DNA of 64,000 nucleotides from Lytechinus pictus (Eukaryota), in the NCBI RefSeq assembly GCF_037042905.1, contig NC_087251.1, forward strand, positions 9,178,001 to 9,242,000. Direction: 5' to 3'. The translations under genes were made by a program, and so were the position numbers. The notes below the pieces were generated by a model that was given only the letters and a program-made list of their open reading frames with translations, made no database searches and was not told where the DNA came from. How positions within the stretch are numbered: the stretch's first letter is position 1; each line of letters begins with the position of its first letter. Below are positions 13,534 to 26,500 of this stretch, in pieces.

Positions 13534-14476
13534 CAGCGGTGTAACAGGGGTCGGTGGCCAGGGGGGGGGGGGGGCAAGAGCCAGAAATTTCCCGGTCATA
13601 AATATCATGGTATGAACAGGCGTAATGGTGTAATTTTGCGACTATTTTGAGAGGGCCAGATATTGCCTTTCGGGCAGGATTTATTTTTTTTTTAATTGCG
13701 AGCGAGCGAAGCGAGCTAGCAAAATTTTTGACCTTTTTAATACAAAAATCCGATTATGTGATAGATTTTGACATGATATCCAGAGAATGATATATTTCAC
13801 TTTTCTCTCTTTCCATTCCTTTTTTGTGGTCTGTACGCCACTGTGGACAGGATTTTTTGCGGCAGTAGCGTGAAGAGCAAAAAAAAACGAGGGGTGCAGT
13901 ATGGCACATGTGCAAAAATGCTGCTTAATAGAAGCCCCGAGCGAGCGAAGCGAGCGAGAAAAAAAATCACCTTTTCATTATCTAACTTTGAGATATTTTT
14001 TGACATTATATTCAGTAAATAAAATCGTATCCTACACTTTTCCTTTGCTTTTCTTTCCTCCTTTTTGTTGTTCTTGTTTGTAGAACTTTTGGGGGCCATG
14101 GCCCAACCGTTCCATACTCATATACGGCAGTGTTGTGCGGTCCGGGGCGGAGCCCCCGGAACTTCTTGAAAGCAAAGCCATTTAAACCTCGCAGATTGCC
14201 GCTATTTTAATCAAATCGCGGGTATATACAGAATATAGCTTTTACACAACACATTTATTCAACCCCAGTTGCGTATAATGAATTAAATTTATTTCCCATC
14301 ATGCTATTGCATTACAGTCCTATTTCGGAATGATTTGTTCTTTTGAAATGTTCTACAGTACATTTTCCCGCTTTCCTTCCTTTTCCATAAAAAAATATTT
14401 TTCTTAGTTTTCTTTTCACTTTTCCCTTTCCTTTTCCTCCTTAATTCCTTTCCCACTTTTCTTCCCCTTTCCCTTT

Positions 14477-14510
<34 letters not shown>

Positions 14511-14606
14511 TTTTTCTTTTTCCCGTTTTTTTTATTTTCCCGGTGAAATCCGCCAGGGGGCAGCTTGCCCCCCTGCCCCCCCCCCCCCCCGCCTGTTACG
14601 CCACTG
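13534..14606. mobile_element. hAT-like non-autonomous element with G/C-tract ends
   Basis: Ends CAGCGGTGTAACAGG...CCTGTTACGCCACTG. Internal GCGAGCGAAGCGAGC motifs. TSD not clear. Confidence 0.6.
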
Positions 14607-14739
14607 ACCGCTTTCAAAATTGAGCAAAATTTGTTCCAAAAATCGGGTCGCGAACGATCGAACAGTCAGTCAGTCGTAAGGTGTGCCGAGATGATTCTCA
14701 CACATCGACAGCTAGCTAGCTTTGTGCTTGTCATATTTT

Positions 14740-15130
14740 GTGCATAAAAAATATCGCGCGCGCGCTATTAATCGCACGTGGTATACGATCGGTACAGTAT
14801 ATACGGTATATACGGTATATATGCGCAGAGACAAGCCTCAGGTCAGGAGACTCAATTAGGAAAGAAGTTTCACAGGTGAAAAGTACGAATTTTACATTAT
14901 TGCTATTAATTTAAGGTATCAGAATCATTTCCTTTTATTACCTACAACATTATTAATTATTGGTCACGTTGATTCTTTGTGGATATTACCCTGGTTTTAG
15001 TCGTCAGTCAGCTCGGTTCTCCGTGGCGTGGCGCGGACGTGACGTTGAGTGGGCACGCAAGCCATATCGGTCATCGTTCCCATTGCCGACACAAGCAATT
15101 CTTGTGCACGTATGTTCCATGTTGGAAATC
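14740..15130 (+). promoter_or_regulatory. CpG-rich unique segment; candidate PRPF39 promoter / non-coding exon 1
   Basis: CGCGCGCGCG, CACGTG and TGCGCA motifs, possible donor CAG|GTGAAA at 14876. One of the few non-TE segments upstream of the first coding exon. Confidence 0.3.
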
Positions 15131-15277
15131 ACGATTCTGTGACACAGTAATTCGATTTGTACAGGAGCTAATTTATTTTAGGTACGTACCGTAATGGTAC
15201 TAGTATTCAACCTGTTTGGAGAGTTTCTTCAAATATACAGAAATATGGAATTTACCTGAATTTCAGACCTGTCTTAT

Positions 15278-15959
15278 TAGGGTGTCTGGAGAAAAAAATT
15301 ATTTTTCTTATTTCACGAAAATATCACATTTTCTTTGTGAATTTGAAGAGAAATGACCTTCAGACTGACAGAAATGTAACATTTTTGAAAAAAATCCAAT
15401 TATTGGCTGCAAAAAAGAAGAATGAAATTAGGTAAATTTTCAGCATTTCTCTGCCATAGACTGTGTAGTTAAGAAATGGACACACACAAATCCAAATTTT
15501 TAGCTTCCGAGAGCTGTTATAAATTTATTATTAATGCCAAAAACTTGTCCATAAAGAGTCCAATAGGATTTTTTATGCTCTATCTGATAGTATGATTTTT
15601 ATAAAGATTTGGAAACCAGATCACAATGAAAACTTGCGACAAAGTGAAAAAAATTGTGCAAAACAGAAATTTCATTTTCCCATAGAAAACGCATGGAGAA
15701 ATGGCAATCTCAACACACACAAAAATAAGGGTTTGCAATTTATCTCTAAATCCTTATTTAAAATGATCCTATAAACTTGTCCTTACTGTCAAAAGAAGCC
15801 CCTGAATGTTCTCTTTCCATACATGTCAAACACAAGTTAATAATCAATTCAGATCACATTTTTCTAGTAGCCTGAACTTCCCCGAAAAAATGTGCCATAT
15901 TTTTCCCTAAATCAGCCTGTTTTATGCTGACACTTTTCAGTGTGGCTTCAGACACCCTA
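15278..15959. mobile_element. Nested MITE (TAGGG termini, hAT/P-like)
   Basis: TIR TAGGGTGTCTG. Direct repeat GTCTTAT at 15271-77 and 15960-66. Confidence 0.75.
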
Positions 15960-16437
15960 GTCTTATTTCAAAGAGCAAATGCTGGTTATTCTTTTCCCGT
16001 TATTTTTTTCTTCAACCCGTCAACTGCGTGCGCGGGCGATCGAATTTTACGGCGACGGTTTTTGGTACTAGTATTCAATCCGTCGGTACTAGTATTCAAC
16101 CTAGTGATGAAAGATGGTCCTGTCTCTCAATCTGCCCTTGTCCCATCCGACTATGGACTAGACCATTTGAGATGAGACCAAAAAAGTGGCAAACAGGGAA
16201 TTAATCAAAGCCAGAGACTTACATAGATCTAGATCTAATTTAGCAATCTAGACCTTTTTAAGATTTGCTATCAATCCTCACTAGGTTGAATACTAGTACC
16301 ATTCAGTGCAAAAGGCCATCGCCGCATAATTCGATCCTCTGCGCACACAGTCGACAGATTGATAAAGAAAATACTGACAACAGATTACCCTGGAAATAAC
16401 AAAGGTATGAAATTAAGATAAATTCCCTATTTCTAGA

Positions 16438-19400
16438 TAATGTTGTAAATCGGATCAAAAATCAGATCGAAAATCGGATCGGCAGTTAAGCTTCTAAAAT
16501 CGAAATCGAATCGAAAATCGAATCGGCGATGTTTAAAAACAAAGGAATACATCAAAATGTTGTTCGCGGTCGTGCGCATCTTCCTTACAAAGTCACAAAG
16601 ACGAATGCATTGGAATGGAAGTCGCCAACATGCGCGATCGTTTGGAACATGTTTTAAAGCCAGGGGTTTTGAGGTGTTATTGCTTTAAAATAAACCGAGT
16701 GATTTTTATTAGAATGATAAACGAAAGACGCATCTTCCGAGCAAAGGCGCAAAGGAAAATAAAATGAAAATATTTCTCATAGATCACAGGTTAATGAACG
16801 ATCGGCGGGACATCTTTTAGAAGTATTTTTAGGTGCTAGCGATTTAGAATTATTGGAATGATCTCTTACGACGCATCATCTTAAAGTCGCAAGTGCAATT
16901 AAAATGAAGTAGACGACGCAAGCACGCACGATGATTTGAAATATGTTATTAAAATGTTTTGGGTAGCTAGCGTTTTCAAATCAATTTGAAGTTCACGGCG
17001 GGGTCCGCTATCACCACGAGGTTGAAGAGAAGATGTCTATCATCATAAAGGGGGTAAGAGAGTAGCGCAGTGAGCTCCGTCGGTAATACGACCTTTCAAA
17101 GTTCACGGCGGCTTCCGCCATCACCACGAGGTTGAAAATAAAATGAATATCATCATAAACGATGTAAGAGAGTAACGCAATAAGCTCCGTCAGTAGCACG
17201 ATCTTTAAAAGTTCACGGCGGGGTCCGCTATCACCACGAGGTTGAAAATAAAATGTAAATCATCATAAACGATGTAAGAGAGTAACGCAATGAGCTCCGT
17301 CAATAGTACGACCTTTCAAAGTTCACGGCGGCATCCGCTATCACCACGAGGTTGAAAATAAAATGTATATCATTATAAACGATGTAAGAGAGTAGCGCAG
17401 TGAGCTCCGTCGGTAATACGACCTTTCAAAGTTCACGGCGGCTTCCGCTATCACCACGAGGTTGAAAATAAAATGAATATCATCATAAATGATGTAAGAG
17501 AGTAACGCAATAAGCTCCGTCAATAGTACAGTCTTTAAAAGTTTCTGGCGGGGTCCGCTATCACCACGAGGTTGAAGAGAAGATTTATATCATTATAAAC
17601 GATGTAAGAGAGTAGCGCAGTGAGCTCCGTCGGTAATACGACCTTTCAAAGTTCCCGCGGCTTCCGCCATCACCACGAGGTTGAAAATAAAATGAATATC
17701 ATCATAAACGATGTAAGAGAGTAACGCAATAAGCTCCGTCAGTAGCACGATCTTTAAAAGTTCACGGCGGGGTCCGCTATCACCACGAGGTTGAAAATAA
17801 AATGTAAATCATCATAAACGATGTAAGAGAGTAACGCAATGAGCTCCGTCAATAGTACGACCTTTCAAAGTTCACGGCGGCATCCGCTATCACCACGAGG
17901 TTGAAAATAAAATGTATATCATCATAAACGATGTAAGAGAGTAACGCAATAAGCTCCGTCAGTAGCACGATCTTTAAAAGTTCACGGCGGGGTCCGCTAT
18001 CACCACGAGGTTGAAAATAAAATGTATATCATCATAAACGATGTAAGAGAGTAACGCAATAAGCTCCGTTAATAGTACAGTCTTTAAAAGTTTCTGGCGG
18101 GGTCCGCTATCACCACGAGGTTGAAGAGAAGATTTATATCATTATAAACGATGTAAGAGAGTAGCGCAGTGAGCTCCGTCGGTAATACGACCTTTCAAAG
18201 TTCACGGCGGCTTCCGCCATCACCACGAGGTTGAAAATAAAATGAATATCATCATAAACGATGTAAGAGAGTAACGCAATAAGCTCCGTCAGTAGCACGA
18301 TCTTTAAAAGTTCACGGCGGGGTCCGCTATCACCACGAGGTTGAAAATAAAATGTAAATCATCATAAACTATGTAAGAGAGTAACGCAATGAGCTCCGTC
18401 AATAGTACGACCTTTCAAAGTTCACGGCGGCATCCGCTATCACCACGAGGTTGAAAATAAAATGTATATCATCATAAACGATGTAAGAGAGTAACGCAAT
18501 GAGCTCCGTCAATAGTACGACCTTTCAAAGTTCACGGCGGCATCCGCTATCACCACGAGGTTGAAAATAAAATGTATATCATCATAAACGATGTAAGAGA
18601 GTAACGCAATAAGCTCCGTCAGTAGCACGATCTTTAAAAGTTCACGGCGGGGTCCGCTATCACCACGAGGTTGAAAATAAAATGTAAATCATCATAAACG
18701 ATGTAAGAGAGTAACGCAATGAGCTCCGTCAATAGTACGACCTTTCAAAGTTCACGGCGGCATCCGCTATCACCACGAGGTTGAAAATAAAATGTATATC
18801 ATCATAAACGATGTAAGAGAGTAACGCAATAAGCTCCGTTAATAGTACAGTCTTTAAAAGTTTCTGGCGGGGTCCGCTATCACCACGAGGTTGAAGAGAA
18901 GATTTATATCATTATAAACGATGTAAGAGAGTAGCGCAGTGAGCTCCGTCGGTAATACGACCTTTCAAAGTTCACGGCGGCTTCCGCCATCACCACGAGG
19001 TTGAAAATAAAATGAATATCATCATAAACGATGTAAGAGAGTAACGCAATAAGCTCCGTCAGTAGCACGATCTTTAAAAGTTCACGGCGGGGTCCGCTAT
19101 CACCACGAGGTTGAAAATAAAATGTAAATCATCATAAACGATGTAAGAGAGTAACGCAATGAGCTCCGTCAATAGTACGACCTTTCAAAGTTCACGGCGG
19201 CATCCGCTATCACCACGAGGTTGAAAATAAAATGTATATCATCATAAACGATGTAAGAGAGTAACGCAATGAGCTCCGTCAATAGTACGACCTTTCAAAG
19301 TTCACGGCGGCATCCGCTATCACCACGAGGTTGAAAATAAAATGTATATCATCATAAACGATGTAAGAGAGTAACGCAATAAGCTCCGTCAGTAGCACGA

Positions 19401-20807
19401 TCTTTAAAAGTTCACGGCGGGGTCCGCTATCACCACGAGGTTGAAAATAAAATGTAAATCATCATAAACGATGTAAGAGAGTAACGCAATGAGCTCCGTC
19501 AATAGTAAGACCTTTCAAAGTTCACGGCGGCATCCGCTTTCACCACGAGGTTGAAAATAAAATGTATATCATCATAAACGATGTAAGAGAGTAACGCAAT
19601 AAGCTCCGTTAATAGTACAGTCTTTAAAAGTTTCTGGCGGGGTCCGCTATCACCACGAGGTTGAAGAGAAGATTTATATCATTATAAACGATGTAAGAGA
19701 GTAGCGCAGTGAGCTCCGTCGGTAATACGACCTTTCAAAGTTCACGGCGGCTTCCGCTATCACCACGAGGTTGAAAATAAAATGAATATCATCATAAATG
19801 ATGTAAGAGAGTAACGCAATTAGCTCCGTCAATAGTACAGTCTTTAAAAGTTTCTGGCGGGGTCCGCTATCACCACGAGGTTGAAGAGAAGATTTATATC
19901 ATTATAAACGATGTAAGAGAGTAGCGCAGTGAGCTCCGTCGGTAATACGACCTTTCAAAGTTCACGGCGGCATCCGCTATCACCACGAGGTTGAAAATAA
20001 AATGTATATCATCATAAACGATGTAAGAGAGTAACGCAATAAGCTCCGTCAATAGTACAGTCTTTAAAAGTTTCTGGCGGGGTCCGCTATCACCACGAGG
20101 TTGAAGAGAAGATTTATATCATTATAAACGATGTAAGAGAGTAGCGCAGTGAGCTCCGTCGGTAATACGACATTTCAAAGTTCACGGCGGCTTCCGCTAT
20201 CACCACGAGGTTGAAAATAAAATGAATATCATCATAAACGATGTAAGAGAGCAACGCAATAAGCTCCGTCAATAGTACAGTCTTTAAAAGTTAATGGCGG
20301 GGTCCGCTATCACCACGAGGTTGAAGAGAAGATTTATATCATTATAAAGGGGGTAAGAGAGTAGCGCAGTGAGCTCCGTCGGTAATACGACCTTTCAAAG
20401 TTCACGGCGGCATCCGCTATCACCACGAGGTTGAAAATAAAATGTATATAATCATAAACGATGTAAGAGAGTAACGCAGCGAGCTCCGTCGGTAATACGA
20501 CCTTTCAAAGTTCACGGCGGCATCCGCTATCACCATGAGTTGGAAGAGAAGATATCTATCCCCTTAAACATTGCCATAGATAATACCGCGACTTTCTCCC
20601 TGAATAATGCGACCTCTAAATAGCTAGCACCTCAAAAACAATCTTGAAATATGTTCTGAGCGATCACGCACTGTAACCAGATCTACGCCGATTTTTTATT
20701 TTCGATTTTTTCCTTCAAGGGGCATGATCGAAGATCGGCAAGTGATTGCCGATTGTGGTGAAATCGAATGGAATCGGTTGCCGATTGCAAAATCGGTTAC
20801 AAGCTTA
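16438..20807. mobile_element. hAT-like element carrying a satellite array
   Basis: 8-bp TSD TTTCTAGA at 16430-37 and 20808-15. Imperfect TIR TAA(T)GYTTGTAA. Clustered AATCG(G/A) subterminal motifs at both ends. Confidence 0.7.
16991..20560. repeat. 110-bp tandem satellite, ~32 units plus a partial unit
   Basis: Unit GTTCACGGCGG..TCCGCTATCACCACGAGGTTGAA... starts at 16991, 17101, 17211 and so on to 20510, with one 109-bp unit at 17651. Confidence 0.97.
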
Positions 20808-20948
20808 TTTCTAGATATTTTGGGGAATATGTCAAAATCTTTGAATTATGCCGGGTTGAATACTAGTACCCATACGGTATGCATGTGAAGTGTCAATGGC
20901 ATAAGACTACATTACGCGTTACGTGACAGTTTGAATCTAGTACCACTC

Positions 20949-22841
20949 TAACCCAGGGAGCTCCCGCCCGCGCAGGGGCTTACCGTGTGTTTGACCATAG
21001 TCACCGGACTAACTATTAGGGTGATTTATGGTCTAATTATTTCTCCAAATGAATTGTGAAAACAGAAAGTATACAATTACCACGATTATATGGATGAAGG
21101 TCTAACGAGTGGCAGTTTCCTGAGATCTGGGCACAGACTGGAACCTCAAAAAAACAAAAAGTTCTCTCCTCTACCCCAGTCTCGATCGGCCATTTTGTTA
21201 CGATTTTTAACAAAAATGGCCGATCGAAACGGGGGTATAAGGAGAGAACTTTTCGTTTTTTTGAGGTTCCAGTCTGTGCTAGCCTGGAGGCGTCTGGGGA
21301 GTGAAAATCATAGTACTAACGTACGCTCACTCCCCACTGACGCCTGGCTTCCTTGAGCATTGGTCTACACACACACTTGATTTTCCCACGGTCAGAGTGG
21401 ACCTAAATTATAACTTAGGCCCTTAGGGTTAGGATTTTTACCCCAAACTACTGTACATGGGCCAAAACTAAGTTTTCCCCCCAAATTTACTATATTTTTA
21501 TTTATATTCCTTCATAGATATTATAAATATGAAAAATAATTAAGAGCACGGAGCGTTGACTTACCAAGTCTGTTTTGGTCGCCATCTTGATCTCTTTGTT
21601 ATCGATACCTAGATACCACACTTGTGTATAGCTGCCAATTTAAATTTAAAAAATACTTGCATCGGCCGATAAATATTTTTGATCGCAAAATACTTGCCTC
21701 GCTTGATAAATATCATGAAGCATGGTGCACAGTGGCAAATTGTATGGAACGGATACCGGTGCGTTCAACGCTAGCGGGCGTGTACATTTTGCTTATTACT
21801 ATTAGTATTAGTATACATGACGTCATCCAGCCACTGCCGAGAGCCAAAATATGAATGAAAATGTAGTAAGCATACGCAGTGCAAGCCTTCCATTGCCCCA
21901 CACAGTATTCCATACACCAAAACAAGTGTGCAATTCTCTAATCTATCACCTCGTACCAAAATCAACTTAGAATTTCACTTTCCTATATTTTGGTCGCCAT
22001 CTTGATCTCTTTGTTATCGATACCTAGATACCACACGTGTGTATAGCTGCCAATTTAAATTTAAAAAATACTTTCATCGGCCGATAAATATTTTTGATCG
22101 CAAAATACCTGCCTCGCTTGATAAATATCATGAAGCAATTTTAAAATATTTATCAACCGAGACAAGTATTTTACGTTCAAAAATATTTATCGGCCGATGC
22201 AAGTATTTTTAAATTTTAATTGGCAGCTATACACACGTGTGGTATCTAGGTATCGATAACAAAGATATCAAGATGGCGACCAAAACAGACTTGGTAAGTC
22301 AACGCTCGTGCTCTTAATTATTTTTCATATTTATAATATCTATGAAGGAATATAAATAAAAATATAGTAAATTTGGGGGGAAAACTTAGTTTTGGCCCAT
22401 GTACAGTAGTTTGGGGTAAAAATCCTAACCCTAAGTTATAATTTAGGTCCACTCTGACTGGGAAAATCAAGTGTGTGTGTAGACCAATGCTCAAGGAAGC
22501 CAGGCGTCAGTGGGTAGTGAGCGTACGTTAGTACTATGATTTTCACTCCCCAGACGCCTCCAGGCTAGTCTGTGCCCAGATCTCAGGAAACTGCCACTCG
22601 TTAGACCTTCATCCACAAAATCGTGGTAATTGTATACTTTCTGTTGTCACAATTCATTTGGAGAAATATTTAGACCATAAATCACCCTAGTCCGGTGACT
22701 ATGGTCAAATACACGGTAAGCTCTCTCCTACCCCAGTCTCGATCGGCCATTTTGTTACAATTCATAACAAAAATGGCCGATCAAATACACGGTAAGCTCC
22801 TGGGCTTCCGCCCGCACAGCGGGCGAGATTTCCCTGGGTTA
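20949..22841. mobile_element. Foldback / Mutator-like palindromic element with 9-bp TSD
   Basis: Ends TAACCCAGGGA...TCCCTGGGTTA. TSD GTACCACTC at 20940-48 and 22842-50. Roughly 700-bp near-identical inverted arms. Confidence 0.88.
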
Positions 22842-23528
22842 GTACCACTCATTCAATGAACAAGGTTATGATATAACCTTGTTCTCAGTTATATCTCCAT
22901 GTGTGGCAAAATAAGGGTGGCAATGTTAGGCTTATTTTCTCTTTTTCTTTGGGACAAATGCTTGATTTTTTTACACTGAAAGTTTCCATTACACCTATTC
23001 ATCATACAACTTGGCTCTTTAAGTAAATTTGATTCTTTAAATTATTTTTTCTTAATTAAAAATAGAGATCAAAAAATGAAAATTTTCTTGCCATATTACT
23101 TTCCACCAATAGAGGGCGTACACAAAAATATGCCCAAAAATCAAGGTTTTGAGCGCTCTGGTGAATACAAAAATTATTCCCAAGTTACTAAGGCCAAGTA
23201 AAAAAAGATAGTAGTTGATCGTCCGGGTTTTCCGAGAGCAATGATGAGGGAGGGCCTTACTATTTGCTATCTTGCTATTTTTTTTTAAAAACAAGGAGGC
23301 ATTTTCTCGGCCCGTTTTTTGACATCAGTGATGAGGGAGGTCCTTACTATTTACTATTTTTTTTGCTATTTTTTATTCAAATGATTGTCAGGCCATGTCA
23401 AGCTCGAATCTTGTAATTTTTTTTCGCTATTCAGCAGCCATAAAAATAGTAAATATCAAGAAAATTGATGCTGCAATCAAAAAGGAAAGCAGGCACGGAG
23501 GAGAAACATCACTTTTTTTTTTTTTTAA

Positions 23529-26500
23529 AGTATACATCCAAAGAAAATTCACGAAAGTGATGATTATAGACAAATTATATATGAATGGAAAGGTCTTGTA
23601 TTTTTATACACAAATATGTCACTAAAAAGTCTTATTGATGTCGTGGAAATGCAAGAAATGAAATTATTAGAGACCCTTCTCAGCCCCCCCAGCCGCCCCC
23701 AGACAGACAATAACGCGATCAAATACAGTCGAGAATAATGACGTCACATGATGATCGACTCACTCAGCCGCTCTCTAGCTCTGTGCAAGCCAGCAGTACA
23801 CTGATAGCTGATTCACCTTCCTGGTCTCTATTTTTCTTCGAATTTACCGTTTTCTTCATGTATTGTGATATCCGAATTCTGTTTTCGACAACTTCAGACT
23901 ATAAGGGAACCAGAACTGTGTTATTTTGCCCGGTTTTTATTGAATTGTGAACTGGAAAGATCGATTTTGTCCACTCGACAGTCTTCGTTGTGTTGCTCTA
24001 CTAACTATTGAAAAACTCCAAGCTGCACGGTCCCATTCACTTGCTCCCGATGCATGTTGCAGGTTACGCTGTTTGATCCAGTCAAAAGTCAAGGTAAGCA
24101 TGTTTGGAAACTCTACTTGTTCTGACGATGCATTCAGGTCAGATGACAGATACAGATCTGATATAAGTTTAGAATCATGCATTTTGGCGTATACTATTAA
24201 AATTAAAAAGTCTTTATTTTATAAATAATGTTTTTGCACAATTCCAGCAGATTTTTTCTTCAGATTTCTAAAACTGGTCAGGACTCAGGCAGGCGATTAA
24301 ATTATTTAGGAGCACTGGTATGGACCATGGCTGAAAATCTGCTGTTTCAGAGGAATGTTTAAGTTTTTATTATACACAGAATTATATCACCATGATGCCG
24401 ATGTCATGAAGCCAGACAAATTTTCAGCAGTGATTACCCTGATTCCTGGCCAAAATCACTCACACGTATTGCGAGGTTAGTATTAGTATACTAACCTCGC
24501 ACCACGAACCGCGTTTGGCAGTGGATTTCTAACTAGTGGGTCGCGCGTGCTGGGATCTCACTTCTTGGGTCCACAACACACGACTTCTATGGCTTGAATT
24601 TTCTGTGCGCGGCGGCATGTAATGAACCCTTGGGTGGGCCAAAATTAGAGTCTGGTGTTTCTTTCTGATTAGAGTGTTGCTGCATATATGCATGCGTAAT
24701 GCCTTCAACAATGAAGATAAATGCAATCTTTGTAATGAAACAGAGACTCAGAGAGCACCGTACCTCAAGTGATGTTCGTGTAGTCTCCACTTCACTACTG
24801 CTACAGCCTACACTACGCTACACACCTACCCGGGTAGGTGTGGCGTACATGTACGGTAGTGTAGCGGTAGTGAAGTGGAGTGGGGCCTACACAAACATCA
24901 CTTGAGGTAGAGCACCAGTGTTCTGAGTGGAACTTTTCAGGTGTCTTAACCTACTATCATTTGTTGTTGACCGGGAATTACATGCCACCGCACGTCATCA
25001 ATCATCACGATAATTAAATTCATACTTTGATTTGATTATTTAAACTATTTCTTTTTTTCTCTCTTCTACACACAGATCTGCACACTTGCTGACTCTGGTG
25101 ACTTCTGGTCTCTGCTTGCTACCTCAATCTGGGAGATTCCATCATGTCCTTTTACTATGATTTGGATATAGCCATTTTTTTCTTCACTCTTTCCAGGACC
25201 TACGGTTTGCAAGTTGTCGACTGATAATGATACAAAAGAAAAATTTTCTTTATCAATCTTGGAAACAATTTTGAGCACAGTTTTGGAGAGAACTAAGAAA
25301 TTTGACTTGGACAGAAATACAGCTTGTCAAAAATAATAACACACAATTTAAAACGAAAGAACAATTTTAATGTTACTAGGGCATTTTGCGAGAAATGTAA
25401 TACTCAATCACACGTCCCAAATCAAGGGTAAGTCCTTTGATTAAACATGTAGTTGAATTGCGATTGCAACTCGACCTTATTACGCTTGAATTTGAATTTA
25501 AGACTTACGCTTGATTTGCAATTGAACATAAGTTTCTTGCAGTGCCCCATAATTATGTTTTGTTATCAGATATTTAACGTGCTGATTTTTCTCGAAAGGT
25601 ATAATATATTTGTCCTTTTAAACGGTATTTGAATATGGGTACGCCTTTTATTTGTTTTCCACAATATTTATTGCATGTATGAACAGAAGTGAAATATTTA
25701 TTGTGAAGCACTGTGAATGTTGTGTGCTGTTGTGTGATGTTCATCATTTTTGTTATAAGACTGAAAGCCTGGTGGATGTGAGGAAGTGGCCTGGATGAAA
25801 GAAAAGTGAACATGTGTCCAATTACTGATTTGCATATTCTAAGACAATTTTGTTTCTGGATAAATTTTGCTATGCATTCCCTACATTAAGAGTAAAGGAG
25901 AAGTCCACGCAATCAAAAATTCATTTGAATTTAAAGAAAAATAACAAGATATTGCAGGAAATTTCATTAAAACTTTGATTCAAATTTATATAATTACTAT
26001 TTTAACAGTTCCGTAAATATAACCTATTGTGATCAGATGAAGAGTTTCCTATCGTCAAATCTGCAAAGAATAAAAAACAAAATGCCACAAAAATAGAAAC
26101 GAATGTGATGTGAGTGACAACTCTAATTTGCATATCATTGTTTTGTGTATATGACTGTTTTGAGTAAAAACAACAAGGGAAATTACTCTATTCAAATAAT
26201 TTTTAGTTGATGTGGACTTGACTTTTAACTCTACCCCTCCCATCCCAAATAAGAGTAGAAATAATCTAATCAAGAACTTGAAAATCAAAAGCAGCAATTA
26301 ATAAGCAAGATTTGATAAATACAGGTCTGAATAGAATTTCACAAGAAAATAAAAAGAGAAAAAAAGATGGGTAGGGACGGGGAAGGAATATAAAAAAAAT
26401 GCCCAGAAAAAAAATCCGAGTTTCGAACCAGGGTCCTCGCACATGACAAAACAATGGCCAACGCATTTGGCCACAGACCATTGCCCTACCGGAAAGGCAT

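Larger units (their letters stand above)
8443..14688. mobile_element. Outer MITE (Harbinger-like) split by nested insertions
   Basis: Left GGCGACCGCACACCTTACG and right TCGTAAGGTGTGCC are inverted. Body pieces at 8632-8826, ~13415-13533 and 14607-14688. Confidence 0.5.
15189..20877. mobile_element. TA-flanked palindromic non-autonomous element (Tc1/mariner/pogo-like) containing two nested elements
   Basis: TIR CCGTAWKGGTACTAGTATTCAACC. TA at 15187-88 and 20878-79. Diverged inverted arms ~15970-16110 versus ~16275-16420. Confidence 0.75.

Noticed and set aside
16991..20560. CRISPR-like array or repeat-encoded protein
   Set aside because: Whole 110-bp units repeat with no unique spacers, there are no cas genes, and the context is eukaryotic. 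The unit length is not a multiple of 3, and the short minus-strand ORFs are by-products.
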